This document shows positions 26,193 through 36,180 of a stretch of 64,000 nt of DNA, one piece after another. The stretch lies in the IMG/VR virus record IMGVR_UViG_3300019776_000693, positions 1 through 64,000 of that record, one strand, 5' to 3'. Both the position numbers and the translations under genes were made by a program. The DNA is from a virus. A model generated the notes under the pieces. That model was not told the DNA's origin, did not search any database, and saw only the letters and a program-made list of their open reading frames with translations. How positions within the stretch are numbered: the stretch's first letter is position 1; each line of letters starts with the position of its first letter.

Positions 26193-27953
26193 TTAATTTA
26201 ATTGTGTAATTAGCATTGTTGATATTTGATTAAGTATTGCATTAGATAATAAAACTTCTGAGCCAAACTGTACTTGAAAAGTTCCTGAAGTAGTGCATTT
26301 AACCAAAACTAAAAGTTCTCCTGTGTGTGGTGTATTAATAGCTGAAACACCTGTTGATGTACCAAAACTTCCTGCTAAGGAATTAGAACTACTAACTGCT
26401 GTAATTGGTACATCTAAAACACCTGCGCTTGCTGTAGAAGCGACTGATAATCTCAAATTACCTGTTACATTTGCAGAACCTGTTGGGGTGATTACACCTA
26501 CACTAACACCTGTAGTAGTAGCTGCTGTTTGATAGCTTAAATAAATATATACCTCATATATTTTACCTGCTACCATATTAAATATAAACTCAGGTATATT
26601 TGCTCTAGTTGTATTAGTACTTGCATAACTACTTGGTAACTCTATAATACTTGCTGTGGGTACATTAATATTACCTGTGCCTTCTAAACTTATATTATTT
26701 ATAGTTTTTAAAGGTCTTTTTGTTTGAATAGAAGATGTTGTCTCATCACCTGTGTTAGTACCACTCACTAAATCTAATTGAGGTTTATTACTATGAGTGT
26801 GTTGATTTGCTACAGCAGTAGTAGTATCTAAATTTGGAACATTACCTAAATTTAAATCTGTTTTTGTAAAGCTGTATGTGTTACTATCCTCGTCTGTGTA
26901 AGTAATAGTCCCACCTGCTTTATTAATAAAAGTAGTTGTTTCAGCACTTTTTACAGCATTATTAAAATCAGTAATATCTGAAGCTTCATGTATATGATTT
27001 GAATTTGCTTTTAAATTAAGTGCAGTTTGAGTTGCATTTGATATAGGCTTTAAAGCATCGCTTGTATTATCTAAATTATTTAGGTTTAAAGTGCTTTTAA
27101 TTACAGAAGGATTTAAACTTACTGTATTACCAGCTAATATGAAATTTGAATCAAAAACTCTATTAGTTGAAGCACTTAATTGAACCCATCTACTTAAAGA
27201 AGAAGAATAAACAAATGAAACATTATACAGAAATGCATTTGAGTTTTGAACAAAAACTGCCAAGTTATTAGACGGCGGGGTAAAAGTATAAGTAAAATTA
27301 CCTGATGATGTCCCTGTAACTTCTACTAAGTTATTATTTTTACCTGTAAATAAACCTATTGGAGTAGAAGTGTTTTTAAAATCTACTCCTAATCTATCAC
27401 CTATTTGTAATGATTTTATTTTAACCCAAGTAGAATCTTGTTTTTGAATTAAATCCCCTACTTGAAACGCAGACCAAATTCCTGTGTTACCACCTACATC
27501 TATAATATACCCATCTAAATCGTTACCTGTAATAGGTGTATTACTATTTCCTATAACATTAACTAATTCAACAGGGTCTCTCCAATTCAAACCTAAAGCT
27601 AATCCATCTACATAAGATATATCTGCTTTTAAATTAAACTCTGCTTCTCCAAAAGGTAATTTGTTTTTAATAAATGTTTTTTTAGAAGAATCTGTTTCCG
27701 TATAATCAGGTTGTATTAAACTTATAACATTTGCTTTATAAAGTGTTAGTTCGTCTAATATAGCTTGTGATGTTGGATATGAGTTATCACTACCATCAAT
27801 AAATTCTGTGTAATTCCTAGAAAGTACTTTTGAATTCCTATAATAAATTCTTATATTATCAGTATTAAATATAACCATGTCTATATCTAATACCTCAAAA
27901 GTATTACCATCTCCTATAGTTAGAAACTCACTATTGTAAATTAATTTTATCAT
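26193..27953 (-). CDS. Tail fibre-like / virion appendage protein
   Basis: NLDNTSDALKPISNATQTALNLKA, HIHEASDI, LGNVPN and HTHSNK fibre-shaft motifs; Thr/Ser-rich beta C-terminal domain. Confidence 0.65.
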   Translation of the reverse strand: MIKLIYNSEFLTIGDGNTFEVLDIDMVIFNTDNIRIYYRNSKVLSRNYTEFIDGSDNSYPTSQAILDELTLYKANVISLIQPDYTETDSSKKTFIKNKLPFGEAEFNLKADISYVDGLALGLNWRDPVELVNVIGNSNTPITGNDLDGYIIDVGGNTGIWSAFQVGDLIQKQDSTWVKIKSLQIGDRLGVDFKNTSTPIGLFTGKNNNLVEVTGTSSGNFTYTFTPPSNNLAVFVQNSNAFLYNVSFVYSSSLSRWVQLSASTNRVFDSNFILAGNTVSLNPSVIKSTLNLNNLDNTSDALKPISNATQTALNLKANSNHIHEASDITDFNNAVKSAETTTFINKAGGTITYTDEDSNTYSFTKTDLNLGNVPNLDTTTAVANQHTHSNKPQLDLVSGTNTGDETTSSIQTKRPLKTINNISLEGTGNINVPTASIIELPSSYASTNTTRANIPEFIFNMVAGKIYEVYIYLSYQTAATTTGVSVGVITPTGSANVTGNLRLSVASTASAGVLDVPITAVSSSNSLAGSFGTSTGVSAINTPHTGELLVLVKCTTSGTFQVQFGSEVLLSNAILNQISTMLITQLN

Positions 27954-29839
27954 TACTTTTCTCTTAATTGAAGTTTAGATGTAAGAATCATTTTTATAGA
28001 ACTGTTATCTGTCAAATTAACCACATGTGCTTCTATTCTATCATTTTGTGACATTAAAGCTGTTGTTAGTATAGAATATTCTGCTGTATCTTCACCCGAA
28101 GGAGATGATACTATAATTCTTCTTATTCTTTGTAGTTCTATATAAGCTGAAGCAGAATCATCCCATTGTTTTATTATTATCTCTACTATATCATTTTGTC
28201 CTCCTACTAAATAAATATTACCAGATATGTCTATATATTTTGGTATCGTCGGTGAATAAACAAAAGAATTATTTGTAGAATGATAAAAATGCACTTCGTT
28301 GGTATATGTTACACCTCCTAGTATTTTTGTTTCAATATTTTGTGTAAGTGGAGTTACCACTTCTGATGAACAAATCCACTCAGCTCCTATATAAGTGTTT
28401 CTGAATGCAATTGTCCCCCCTCCACCTTTATTATCTTTAAAATAAGATTTTCTTGAGTTTTGAGTAGCTGTTGTGTCCCCTGTAGTAAAAGGGGCTATCA
28501 TAACACCCCCTCCATCAAAATATCCATTTATAATTTGATAACCACTATCATCTATTATATTATTATAATCAAAATTAAAAGCATAAGAACCTGTAGGTAT
28601 AGTGGCATTCACATTAGAGCGTATATTTCTACAAGTAAAACCTGTATCTCCTTTAAATATGTAGTTACTCATATTAACTATTCTACTATCTACTAATTTA
28701 ATTCCGTTAGACCATACCCCTTGACATAAAAATCCTTTCTGACACCCAACTGAGAATCCTGCTGACCAAAAAACTTGTCTTATATTATTTAAATGTCCTA
28801 GTTCTGTACAATTAATAAAAGTAGTGTAAAACATATCTAAGGCTTCACTTCCTGTAGCTCCATTCATATCAATAGCTCTACTATTTGTACCAGAGATAGT
28901 TATATTTATGTGTTTTACAAATAAATTTCCTGATGTACTTATTAATGTAATATTATCTTCTGTTGAAAATAGTGTATTTATATTTTGAGAATATCCAGCT
29001 ATAGTTGTACCATTAACGTGCCCTATCAATTTATATCCTGTTGCGTTAAAATTAGTGGAATCTATTTTATAAACTGCATTATCTAGTTGTATTTCATTAT
29101 TTATATTTGGGGTATGTAGTGCAATTAATTCTGCTATGTTTTTTACGTTATACTCTGTTTGATGTTTATCAGATTTTGAATTTAATATATTATTTAATTC
29201 ATTATATATGTTGGTCTTTGACTCTACCCATAATACACCGTCCCACATATATAAACCTGCTCCATAATAAGTTCCTCCTAAGCTTCCTGGCAACCAAGAA
29301 GTTCCTTGCTGTTCTCTTACATAAGCAAAATCATATAAATTTTGTCCTGTCACACTAAGCAGTTCTGTATAATTTTCTACATTATACTTTATATCTAAGA
29401 CAGATTTTACTGTGGTGATAGAACTTCCACCATTATAATTTATAGTTAATGTTCCATCTGTATTTACAACTACAGAGTCTAATGTTGTAACACCTAAATC
29501 ATTTAATGTTGCAAAAACGTTTGTTGCATCAGGTGAGTTTGCATTTTGAAGAGCATCTAAGATTTGGGGAGTAAGCCCTCCCCCATTAAAATTTCCTGTA
29601 TTCTCTGTATAAAAGGTGTCAAATTCTGTAATGGAATAAAAATCTCCGTTTTCTTTTTGTAAATCGGTTATATTTAGACTTCTTTCATGTTTCCAATCTT
29701 TGACGTTAAAAAATCTATAATTTCCTTTATTTATATTACTTTTATCAACTATTACGTCCTTTTTCAACCCATAAAAGAATTCATTTTTTTGAATATCGTT
29801 TATTACGAAATAATTTCCCTTTGTGTATATTTTGTACAT
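27953..29839 (-). CDS. Tail fibre/spike-like protein with probable beta-helix
   Basis: GLYMWDG motif, Asn/Gly-rich beta-repeat central region. Confidence 0.55.
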   Translation of the reverse strand: MYKIYTKGNYFVINDIQKNEFFYGLKKDVIVDKSNINKGNYRFFNVKDWKHERSLNITDLQKENGDFYSITEFDTFYTENTGNFNGGGLTPQILDALQNANSPDATNVFATLNDLGVTTLDSVVVNTDGTLTINYNGGSSITTVKSVLDIKYNVENYTELLSVTGQNLYDFAYVREQQGTSWLPGSLGGTYYGAGLYMWDGVLWVESKTNIYNELNNILNSKSDKHQTEYNVKNIAELIALHTPNINNEIQLDNAVYKIDSTNFNATGYKLIGHVNGTTIAGYSQNINTLFSTEDNITLISTSGNLFVKHINITISGTNSRAIDMNGATGSEALDMFYTTFINCTELGHLNNIRQVFWSAGFSVGCQKGFLCQGVWSNGIKLVDSRIVNMSNYIFKGDTGFTCRNIRSNVNATIPTGSYAFNFDYNNIIDDSGYQIINGYFDGGGVMIAPFTTGDTTATQNSRKSYFKDNKGGGGTIAFRNTYIGAEWICSSEVVTPLTQNIETKILGGVTYTNEVHFYHSTNNSFVYSPTIPKYIDISGNIYLVGGQNDIVEIIIKQWDDSASAYIELQRIRRIIVSSPSGEDTAEYSILTTALMSQNDRIEAHVVNLTDNSSIKMILTSKLQLREK

Positions 29840-29862
29840 TTCTTTACTTTTTTATTAAAAGA

Positions 29863-29870
29863 CAAAAATA
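29863..29870 (-). promoter_or_regulatory. Bacteroidota -7 element upstream of fibre genes
   Basis: TATTTTTG on - strand, 23 nt before ATG; -33 weak. Confidence 0.5.
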
Positions 29871-29930
29871 CAAAATAGATGTGTTAATTTAAAATTGATT
29901 AAATATCTTGCTATTATCGGTAAAATCTTT

Positions 29931-30068
29931 TTATATTTTTAAAGCTAGTTTTATATTCGTTATGTTTCTAGTGTTTATAACCGCATCAATTAAATCTTCT
30001 TCTTTTTCTGTTGAATTATTTTTAAGTTGTTCTTCTGCCCACTTTTCTGCGTCTTCTTTAAAATTCAT
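29931..30068 (-). CDS. Small hypothetical protein (45 aa, not in ORF track)
   Basis: Hand translation MNFKEDAEKWAEEQLK...; overlaps the end of 30058..30477. Confidence 0.4.
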   Translation of the reverse strand: MNFKEDAEKWAEEQLKNNSTEKEEDLIDAVINTRNITNIKLALKI

Positions 30069-30477
30069 TATATTTCAATTTATATTTACTATAATGTTTA
30101 TTCCACAGTTTCTTTTTCAGTATATTATACTGATTTTCTTTAGTGAAAACGTCTTCTATAACTTCTACTAAAGGTTTTACGGGCTTATTTTTATTTTCTT
30201 CTTGTACTCTACGCATATAAGCTACAATACCTTCTCCCTCTTTCATACCCCCACCGCTTCTAGGATAATGTGAATAATATAATTCTATTTCTTCTTTGTG
30301 ATACAAGTCATGAACTTCTTGTGGAATGCTTTTATATTTATGTTCCCAAGGGAAATATTCAGGATATTTATCTATTGTAGCCTGAAGTCTTTTATATGTC
30401 TCTGCACTTACATATCTATTTACACCTTTATATAAACTTACTTTTAATACTTCAAACGGTATATTTTCAAATTTCAT
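30058..30477 (-). CDS. Hypothetical protein
   Basis: 139-aa ORF in small cassette. Confidence 0.6.
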   Translation of the reverse strand: MKFENIPFEVLKVSLYKGVNRYVSAETYKRLQATIDKYPEYFPWEHKYKSIPQEVHDLYHKEEIELYYSHYPRSGGGMKEGEGIVAYMRRVQEENKNKPVKPLVEVIEDVFTKENQYNILKKKLWNKHYSKYKLKYNEF

Positions 30478-30490
30478 AATTAAACTTATA

Positions 30491-30643
30491 TTATTTATTA
30501 AATAAGTAATATTCTAACGCATTTCTTCTTTCACTTCTTGAATACAGTGGTTCTAATTTTCTTTTAATTTTATCTAAAGAAAATCCATTATCAACCATAG
30601 TTTTTATTCTGCTTAATGCTTGCTTTTCTCTTAGTGTTAATTT
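30491..30643 (-). CDS. Small hypothetical protein
   Basis: Likely start at MKLTLREK (30643), downstream of promoter. Confidence 0.5.
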   Translation of the reverse strand, partial: KLTLREKQALSRIKTMVDNGFSLDKIKRKLEPLYSRSERRNALEYYLFNK

Positions 30644-30665
30644 CATAATTTTAATTTTTAAAATA

Positions 30666-30673
30666 CAAATATA
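30666..30673 (-). promoter_or_regulatory. Bacteroidota -7 promoter element
   Basis: TATATTTG on - strand just after terminator. Confidence 0.6.
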
Positions 30674-30691
30674 CAAAAACAATTTTATATA

Positions 30692-30723
30692 TAAAAGAAA
30701 AAAGTGAAGATTTTACTCCTCAC
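30692..30723 (-). terminator. Intrinsic terminator after 1815-aa gene
   Basis: GTGAGGA/TCTTCAC stem (one G-U) plus T-tract on - strand. Confidence 0.65.
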
Positions 30724-30732
30724 CTCTTAAAA

Positions 30733-33700
30733 TTAATTTTCTTCTAAAAATTCTTCTTTAGGAAATAGCCAAGACCATATATTATATGAGTTAGTATCAT
30801 TTGAGAAGAAATTGTAACTATCTCTCTGTGATTTTAAAGAACTTGCGTCCCACAAATCATATATTGGTTTAGCTCCCACAAAATTTTTAATTATCCATCT
30901 TTCTCTTTCTGTTAATCCTGCATAACGACCTCTTTGTACAATATCATCTCCTCCTGTAAATACTTTATAAGCTTTTGGTAATTCAGTTAATTGATTAATA
31001 CCTACAATCGGTTCTTGAACACTTGAATATAATTCTTTTACAATTCCTGCTTGTGAAGATATAGTTTCATTTGTCACACGTTCAAATAAATACGCCATCA
31101 TTTGTTTAGCCATGCTATCATCATCTTCATCCGCCATCCCTGCAAAAACTAAACCTAGCCCATATATTGCTCCTAAAACCCCTATTTCTTTTAAAATTCT
31201 TTGTAAGTTTACTCTTTCTTCTTGCGATGAATTTTCCCAAATTTTAGCAATATTTCTGAAATCTCCTTTATACAAGTTTTCAATTATTCTTGATACTACT
31301 TTACCCGCCGAAACATAACTACCTTCTTCCCATTGAGAAGTTTGCATATTATAATGTCTACCTTTAAATCTATTTGAAACTGCTAAAGCTAACCATCCTT
31401 TATGTGTCATAGTATATCGTAAAGCAAAATGTCTTTGAGCAAAAGTTCTTTCTTCTTCTCTGATAGACCCATCTACTCTTTGAGCTAATGCTTTTCCTTT
31501 AGATATTACTCCTTTTTCTATGTTTTTAAATTCTTCTGGAGTTGTGTTTAACTGTTTGTATAAAGATTCTTTGTAATTAAATTTTCCATCTTTTATTTCT
31601 ACGAAATCATATAACGGTATTAATTCTTTCCATTGTAAATCTGCATCTTTTTTATTTATTCCCGCGCCATTTGTAAGTCTATTGAAAGCATTTTTATCTA
31701 CTAGTTTTCCATTATAAATTCTGTGACCATACATCAAAGAATACATTACATTACTTTTAATTGGAAAATCAGCCATTCTATGTAAACCGTAAGCTGTGTC
31801 TCCAATAGCTCTTGTAACTTTTCCGTATTTAGAGTTTTTAAACTGTTCTGTCAAGTTTATAAGCCCTAAATGTTCTAATATCACACTCGCTTCACTCTTT
31901 GAATACACTTCTAAAAAATCGCCTTTACTGTTCATGTTCTCAGTAGCTGTTTTTCTAAAAGCTTTATTCATGGAATCTTGGTCAAGATATTGTCCAATTA
32001 ACCTTTCCCCTACAAGTCCTGTATAAGCTGTCATCCATGAAGTAATAGGTACAATAGGATTAAAAGATAAACTTAAATTCTGTTTCCATCTGTGAATATA
32101 CTTCAATATCTTAGTTGCGTCTACTTCTCCTAAAATAGGAATACTAACTCTCGCTCTTGTAACATCTTCCACTCCAAATATAGCATTATCTATATATGAT
32201 TGTGCCATTTTAAATGTGTTTGTTGCTTCGGCGGATTTTCCTATTCCTGAATATCTACTACTATCTGATATAGCATCTCTTAAGGCTGAAACTTTATTAT
32301 AATTTTTAACTCTGTTCTTTCTTAAAATCGCTTGTTGGCGCATTAACGTCATAGAATAAAACAAATCATCAGAAACATTTTCAGCGTTTTCTAAAGGATG
32401 CACATAATATTTTGGAATTACTCTGATATTTGAATGATATAAAGTGTTACCTTGTTCATCTCTTTCTCCACTATCAATTTCCCCAACTCTGTAACTTTTA
32501 ATACTTTCTAATTTTTCTTTTAAAACGTTTTTTACCCCACCTTTTAAAGAAGTTTCAATATTATTAATAATAGATTTTGGAACTTGTGGCATTAAATAAG
32601 CATTGCCTTGTTCATGGTCAGCATCCTTTAACGACTGAGATTGATAATTTACAATTAAGTCATGTAATGATACTAATTTACTATCATTTTTTATTTTATC
32701 CCATTTTTTATTATTAAAATTAAATTCTTTTCCAAATACTTTTGGTCTTTTAATTAAACTTGGTTGCGAAATACCTCCTTTAAAATTTACATCTCTTAAA
32801 GGGTTTAACATATCATTAGATTCTGAATTATCCATATAATCATAAGAAACAGACATTCTAACATCTTCTGATTTCTCCAATTCTGCAACTAATTTTGATA
32901 AAGGTTCATTAGTAGTTCTAACTTTTCTATAAAAATCTTGTAAATCTATTGGCGCATACGAAGAATAATAAGGAAGAAGTCTTGTTTGAGCATATTTTAA
33001 AATACCTTCTCTACTTTCTCCGTAAGGCTCTAATAAATTCTTCATCTTATCGTTTAAAGAATCCGTTTCTAATGCTCTTAAAAGTGAAGATACCTTTTCT
33101 CTATTAGCAGAAGTCATATTTTGTTGTGCAAAATCTAATTTTTCTTCTGTGGTTTGTAAATTTAAGTCTCCCATTCTTCCGAAAAATGCTTCATTTGCAT
33201 TTACCGAAGCCCTTCTTTCTTGTATTTCTCCTCCTTTACCTTTAATATACATAAATATTTGAGAAGATTTTACATCAATACTCTCAGATAATTGTCTAAT
33301 TTGTTGTCTAACTCCTTCGGGCATTAAATCAACATTAGTATTAACAGAGTTTTTAGAATCTTTATATTGTTTTAACAAATTGCGTCTTTGTTTTAACAAA
33401 TTTTTATATTCTTTTATTTTATCTCCAATAATTTCATCTTCTAAATAGTTTTCAAATATATCTACATATTCATTATCTTCAAAAAATTTATTAGAGAAAC
33501 CTAAAGATGTATTAAGGTTAAACCAAGAAATAATATCTTCTCTTGTCATTTCAGGGTCATTTTCCATATCTTGTAAATCTTTTCTCCAAGATTCTGAAAG
33601 TCCTTCTGTTGTTTGTCCTTGTTTTTCTTTAATTTGGTCTATGAAGTTTCTGTTGTATTTATTTAATTCAAATGCTATAATAGCTTCTTTTGTCGCTAAA

Positions 33701-36180
33701 GAATAATCTAATCCGATATACTCATTTTCAGATATTTTTACACTGTTTTCAAACGGTAAACTTTCTAAAATAATACCTGTATGAAGCTTACCAAATGAAT
33801 CGTAAATGTTTAAATGTTTTGCTCTTTCCGAAGCTATAATATCTAAATCAATTTTATTTTGTCTTGTTAATACAGGAATACCATTTTTAGATTTTTTCAT
33901 CTGTCTTCTTACTTGTCCTCTCATTTGAGATAAGTTTCTTAAAACAGTTTTTGTAGCTTCATTATATCCTGCTAATCTTTTTTCTTGTTCTTTTATATAT
34001 TTATCAGCTAGAAAAGTTTCAGAACCTGTATTTACAATTTTTTGAGCCTCCGTTTTTACTTTTTGAAATAATTCAAAGTTTGATATTAAGGGTAATTCTT
34101 TAAATTTTGCTAAAAATTGCTCGTCAGTAAGCCCTAAATATTCTTCATGTTCTTTTGCAGACTTATTCTCACTTTTTAAATCGTCTATAATAGCTTGTAA
34201 ATTATCTTTATATGCCTGTGCTTTAGCATACCTTGTAAATTCTTTAAACTCTGCGAAATCCCATTTAGAAGTTATATAACCGTCTTTTTGAACTAGCTTG
34301 GATAAATCCTGCTCTTTAAACCCTAATTTTCTTAATTCGTTTTGAAAATCTTTAGTAACATCTTGAAATTCTTCTGCTGTATCCTGGTATAAATCTCCAA
34401 TCACTGACCCTAGCATATTTAAAAGCGGGTCTTGTGCGTGAGTAATTTGTCCGAAATAACTGTATAATGAATTAGTATCTTTCTTTGCAGAAGTGAAAGC
34501 ATTTAACAATTCTTGTCTAAGTTCATTATCATCTTCTCTTCCGTCTCTTTGTAAAATAGATTCTACAATATCACTTAAAATTGTAGTTTCACTTTGATGT
34601 AAAGCACCAACAGCATCATTTATTTCTTCTTGTATTCCTTTAATATCAATAACTTCCGAAGAGTAATTTTTATTTTTTTCGATAGAAGTTTTAAGTAATG
34701 ATAACGCAGGATTAATTACATTTTTTAAATTTTGAAATACGATATTTTCCTCATTAGAAAGAATTGCACCTCTACTGTTTGCTGATTTAATAGCCTCATT
34801 AATATAGCTTGTTTGTCTTCTAGCTAAACTAATTAAATCTCTTACAGAAGTTTCTTCTAATGTTTTTTCTAAATATCCTTGTAATTTATGTAATTGTTCG
34901 GCAGAACCTCTTCCTAATTTTATTAAAACTTTTTCTTGTTCTTGTAAAGCTTTAATTAAATTGTGTTGAGGATTAGCTGACTTATTTAAACTGTATAATT
35001 TAAACTTCTTATTATCAAAATTACTTGTATTTAAATAATTACTTAAATTATTAGTAAGTAATGCATCCTCAACTTTAGTTGTTAAGTCTTCTAATTTTTG
35101 TCTGTAATTATCTTTCAATACAATTTTATCAAAGAAATTCAACATTGCGTTATACATTCTCTGTAAAATATTTTGAGGCGTAGTTTCAGAAGTAAATTTA
35201 TTCTGTAACGCTTTTGCTAACTCTTTACCTAAAACTTCTTTTCTTACTAAATATTCGATTGCAGATTCACTCATAGAAGGGTTTTCCTTACTATAAACTT
35301 CTCTGTAATTTTCTGAATGTTCCCCGTAAGATTGAGTTTTATGAATATCTCTAACTAAATCATTAATTTCTTGAACATCCCATCCTTCGACAATAAAGTG
35401 GGCTGTTTCTTCTGTTAAAGCTTCTACACTGATTTTACCTTCTCTAAATGCTACAATTCTATTAGAAATATCTGCTAAGGCATTAGCTGAAACATCTACA
35501 TTATATCTTTTACTATAATTTTCAATATTGGTTATTGATACTCCTATTTCTTTTAAGAAATCTAATAATCTGTTTTTTAATACTTTTTCCGATAATTTAC
35601 CTTGTTTTGTACCATATACTCTACTAAAAGTTTTTCTTATAGAATCAGCTACAAAATTATTTTTTTTTACTTGGTCATCTGTAAATTCAATCCTACCGTC
35701 TTTATGAACTATTGTGTTAGACCTTAAATCTTTAGTTACATTTTCATTTATAATTTGTCTAATTAATGAATTTCCTTCCGCTTTTAAAAATGATTTTCCT
35801 TGGTCAATAACTCTTTCATCAGAAATAATATTTTCTTTTATAAGATAGTTTGTAAGACCTTCTTTAGTATTTTTGTTCGTATTAGCTGAAATAGTTAGTA
35901 AAGAAATATCCCCCGATTTAACTTCTATATTACCACCATCACTATCTAATAAAGCATCTTTATATGTGGTAAATTCATTTCCTTTTTCAGAAATAAAAGT
36001 TAAAGGTGTTTCTCCTTTATAACCGTCTTTATATACGTTTTGGTAAGCTGTTAAAGATTGTTCAAGAGTATTTATTTGTGGAATTTTAGCGATTTGATTA
36101 AATAAAGTAGATTCTTCTCCACTTGGAGTATTTACTCTGATTATTTGATTATCGTTATTGTATGTTATTTGACAAGCCAT
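30733..36180 (-). CDS. Giant internal virion / ejection protein (1815 aa) with degenerate zincin-like motif
   Basis: Size, position and helical character; ALTEETAHF motif as in crAss-like polyvalent proteins. Confidence 0.6.
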   Translation of the reverse strand: MACQITYNNDNQIIRVNTPSGEESTLFNQIAKIPQINTLEQSLTAYQNVYKDGYKGETPLTFISEKGNEFTTYKDALLDSDGGNIEVKSGDISLLTISANTNKNTKEGLTNYLIKENIISDERVIDQGKSFLKAEGNSLIRQIINENVTKDLRSNTIVHKDGRIEFTDDQVKKNNFVADSIRKTFSRVYGTKQGKLSEKVLKNRLLDFLKEIGVSITNIENYSKRYNVDVSANALADISNRIVAFREGKISVEALTEETAHFIVEGWDVQEINDLVRDIHKTQSYGEHSENYREVYSKENPSMSESAIEYLVRKEVLGKELAKALQNKFTSETTPQNILQRMYNAMLNFFDKIVLKDNYRQKLEDLTTKVEDALLTNNLSNYLNTSNFDNKKFKLYSLNKSANPQHNLIKALQEQEKVLIKLGRGSAEQLHKLQGYLEKTLEETSVRDLISLARRQTSYINEAIKSANSRGAILSNEENIVFQNLKNVINPALSLLKTSIEKNKNYSSEVIDIKGIQEEINDAVGALHQSETTILSDIVESILQRDGREDDNELRQELLNAFTSAKKDTNSLYSYFGQITHAQDPLLNMLGSVIGDLYQDTAEEFQDVTKDFQNELRKLGFKEQDLSKLVQKDGYITSKWDFAEFKEFTRYAKAQAYKDNLQAIIDDLKSENKSAKEHEEYLGLTDEQFLAKFKELPLISNFELFQKVKTEAQKIVNTGSETFLADKYIKEQEKRLAGYNEATKTVLRNLSQMRGQVRRQMKKSKNGIPVLTRQNKIDLDIIASERAKHLNIYDSFGKLHTGIILESLPFENSVKISENEYIGLDYSLATKEAIIAFELNKYNRNFIDQIKEKQGQTTEGLSESWRKDLQDMENDPEMTREDIISWFNLNTSLGFSNKFFEDNEYVDIFENYLEDEIIGDKIKEYKNLLKQRRNLLKQYKDSKNSVNTNVDLMPEGVRQQIRQLSESIDVKSSQIFMYIKGKGGEIQERRASVNANEAFFGRMGDLNLQTTEEKLDFAQQNMTSANREKVSSLLRALETDSLNDKMKNLLEPYGESREGILKYAQTRLLPYYSSYAPIDLQDFYRKVRTTNEPLSKLVAELEKSEDVRMSVSYDYMDNSESNDMLNPLRDVNFKGGISQPSLIKRPKVFGKEFNFNNKKWDKIKNDSKLVSLHDLIVNYQSQSLKDADHEQGNAYLMPQVPKSIINNIETSLKGGVKNVLKEKLESIKSYRVGEIDSGERDEQGNTLYHSNIRVIPKYYVHPLENAENVSDDLFYSMTLMRQQAILRKNRVKNYNKVSALRDAISDSSRYSGIGKSAEATNTFKMAQSYIDNAIFGVEDVTRARVSIPILGEVDATKILKYIHRWKQNLSLSFNPIVPITSWMTAYTGLVGERLIGQYLDQDSMNKAFRKTATENMNSKGDFLEVYSKSEASVILEHLGLINLTEQFKNSKYGKVTRAIGDTAYGLHRMADFPIKSNVMYSLMYGHRIYNGKLVDKNAFNRLTNGAGINKKDADLQWKELIPLYDFVEIKDGKFNYKESLYKQLNTTPEEFKNIEKGVISKGKALAQRVDGSIREEERTFAQRHFALRYTMTHKGWLALAVSNRFKGRHYNMQTSQWEEGSYVSAGKVVSRIIENLYKGDFRNIAKIWENSSQEERVNLQRILKEIGVLGAIYGLGLVFAGMADEDDDSMAKQMMAYLFERVTNETISSQAGIVKELYSSVQEPIVGINQLTELPKAYKVFTGGDDIVQRGRYAGLTERERWIIKNFVGAKPIYDLWDASSLKSQRDSYNFFSNDTNSYNIWSWLFPKEEFLEEN

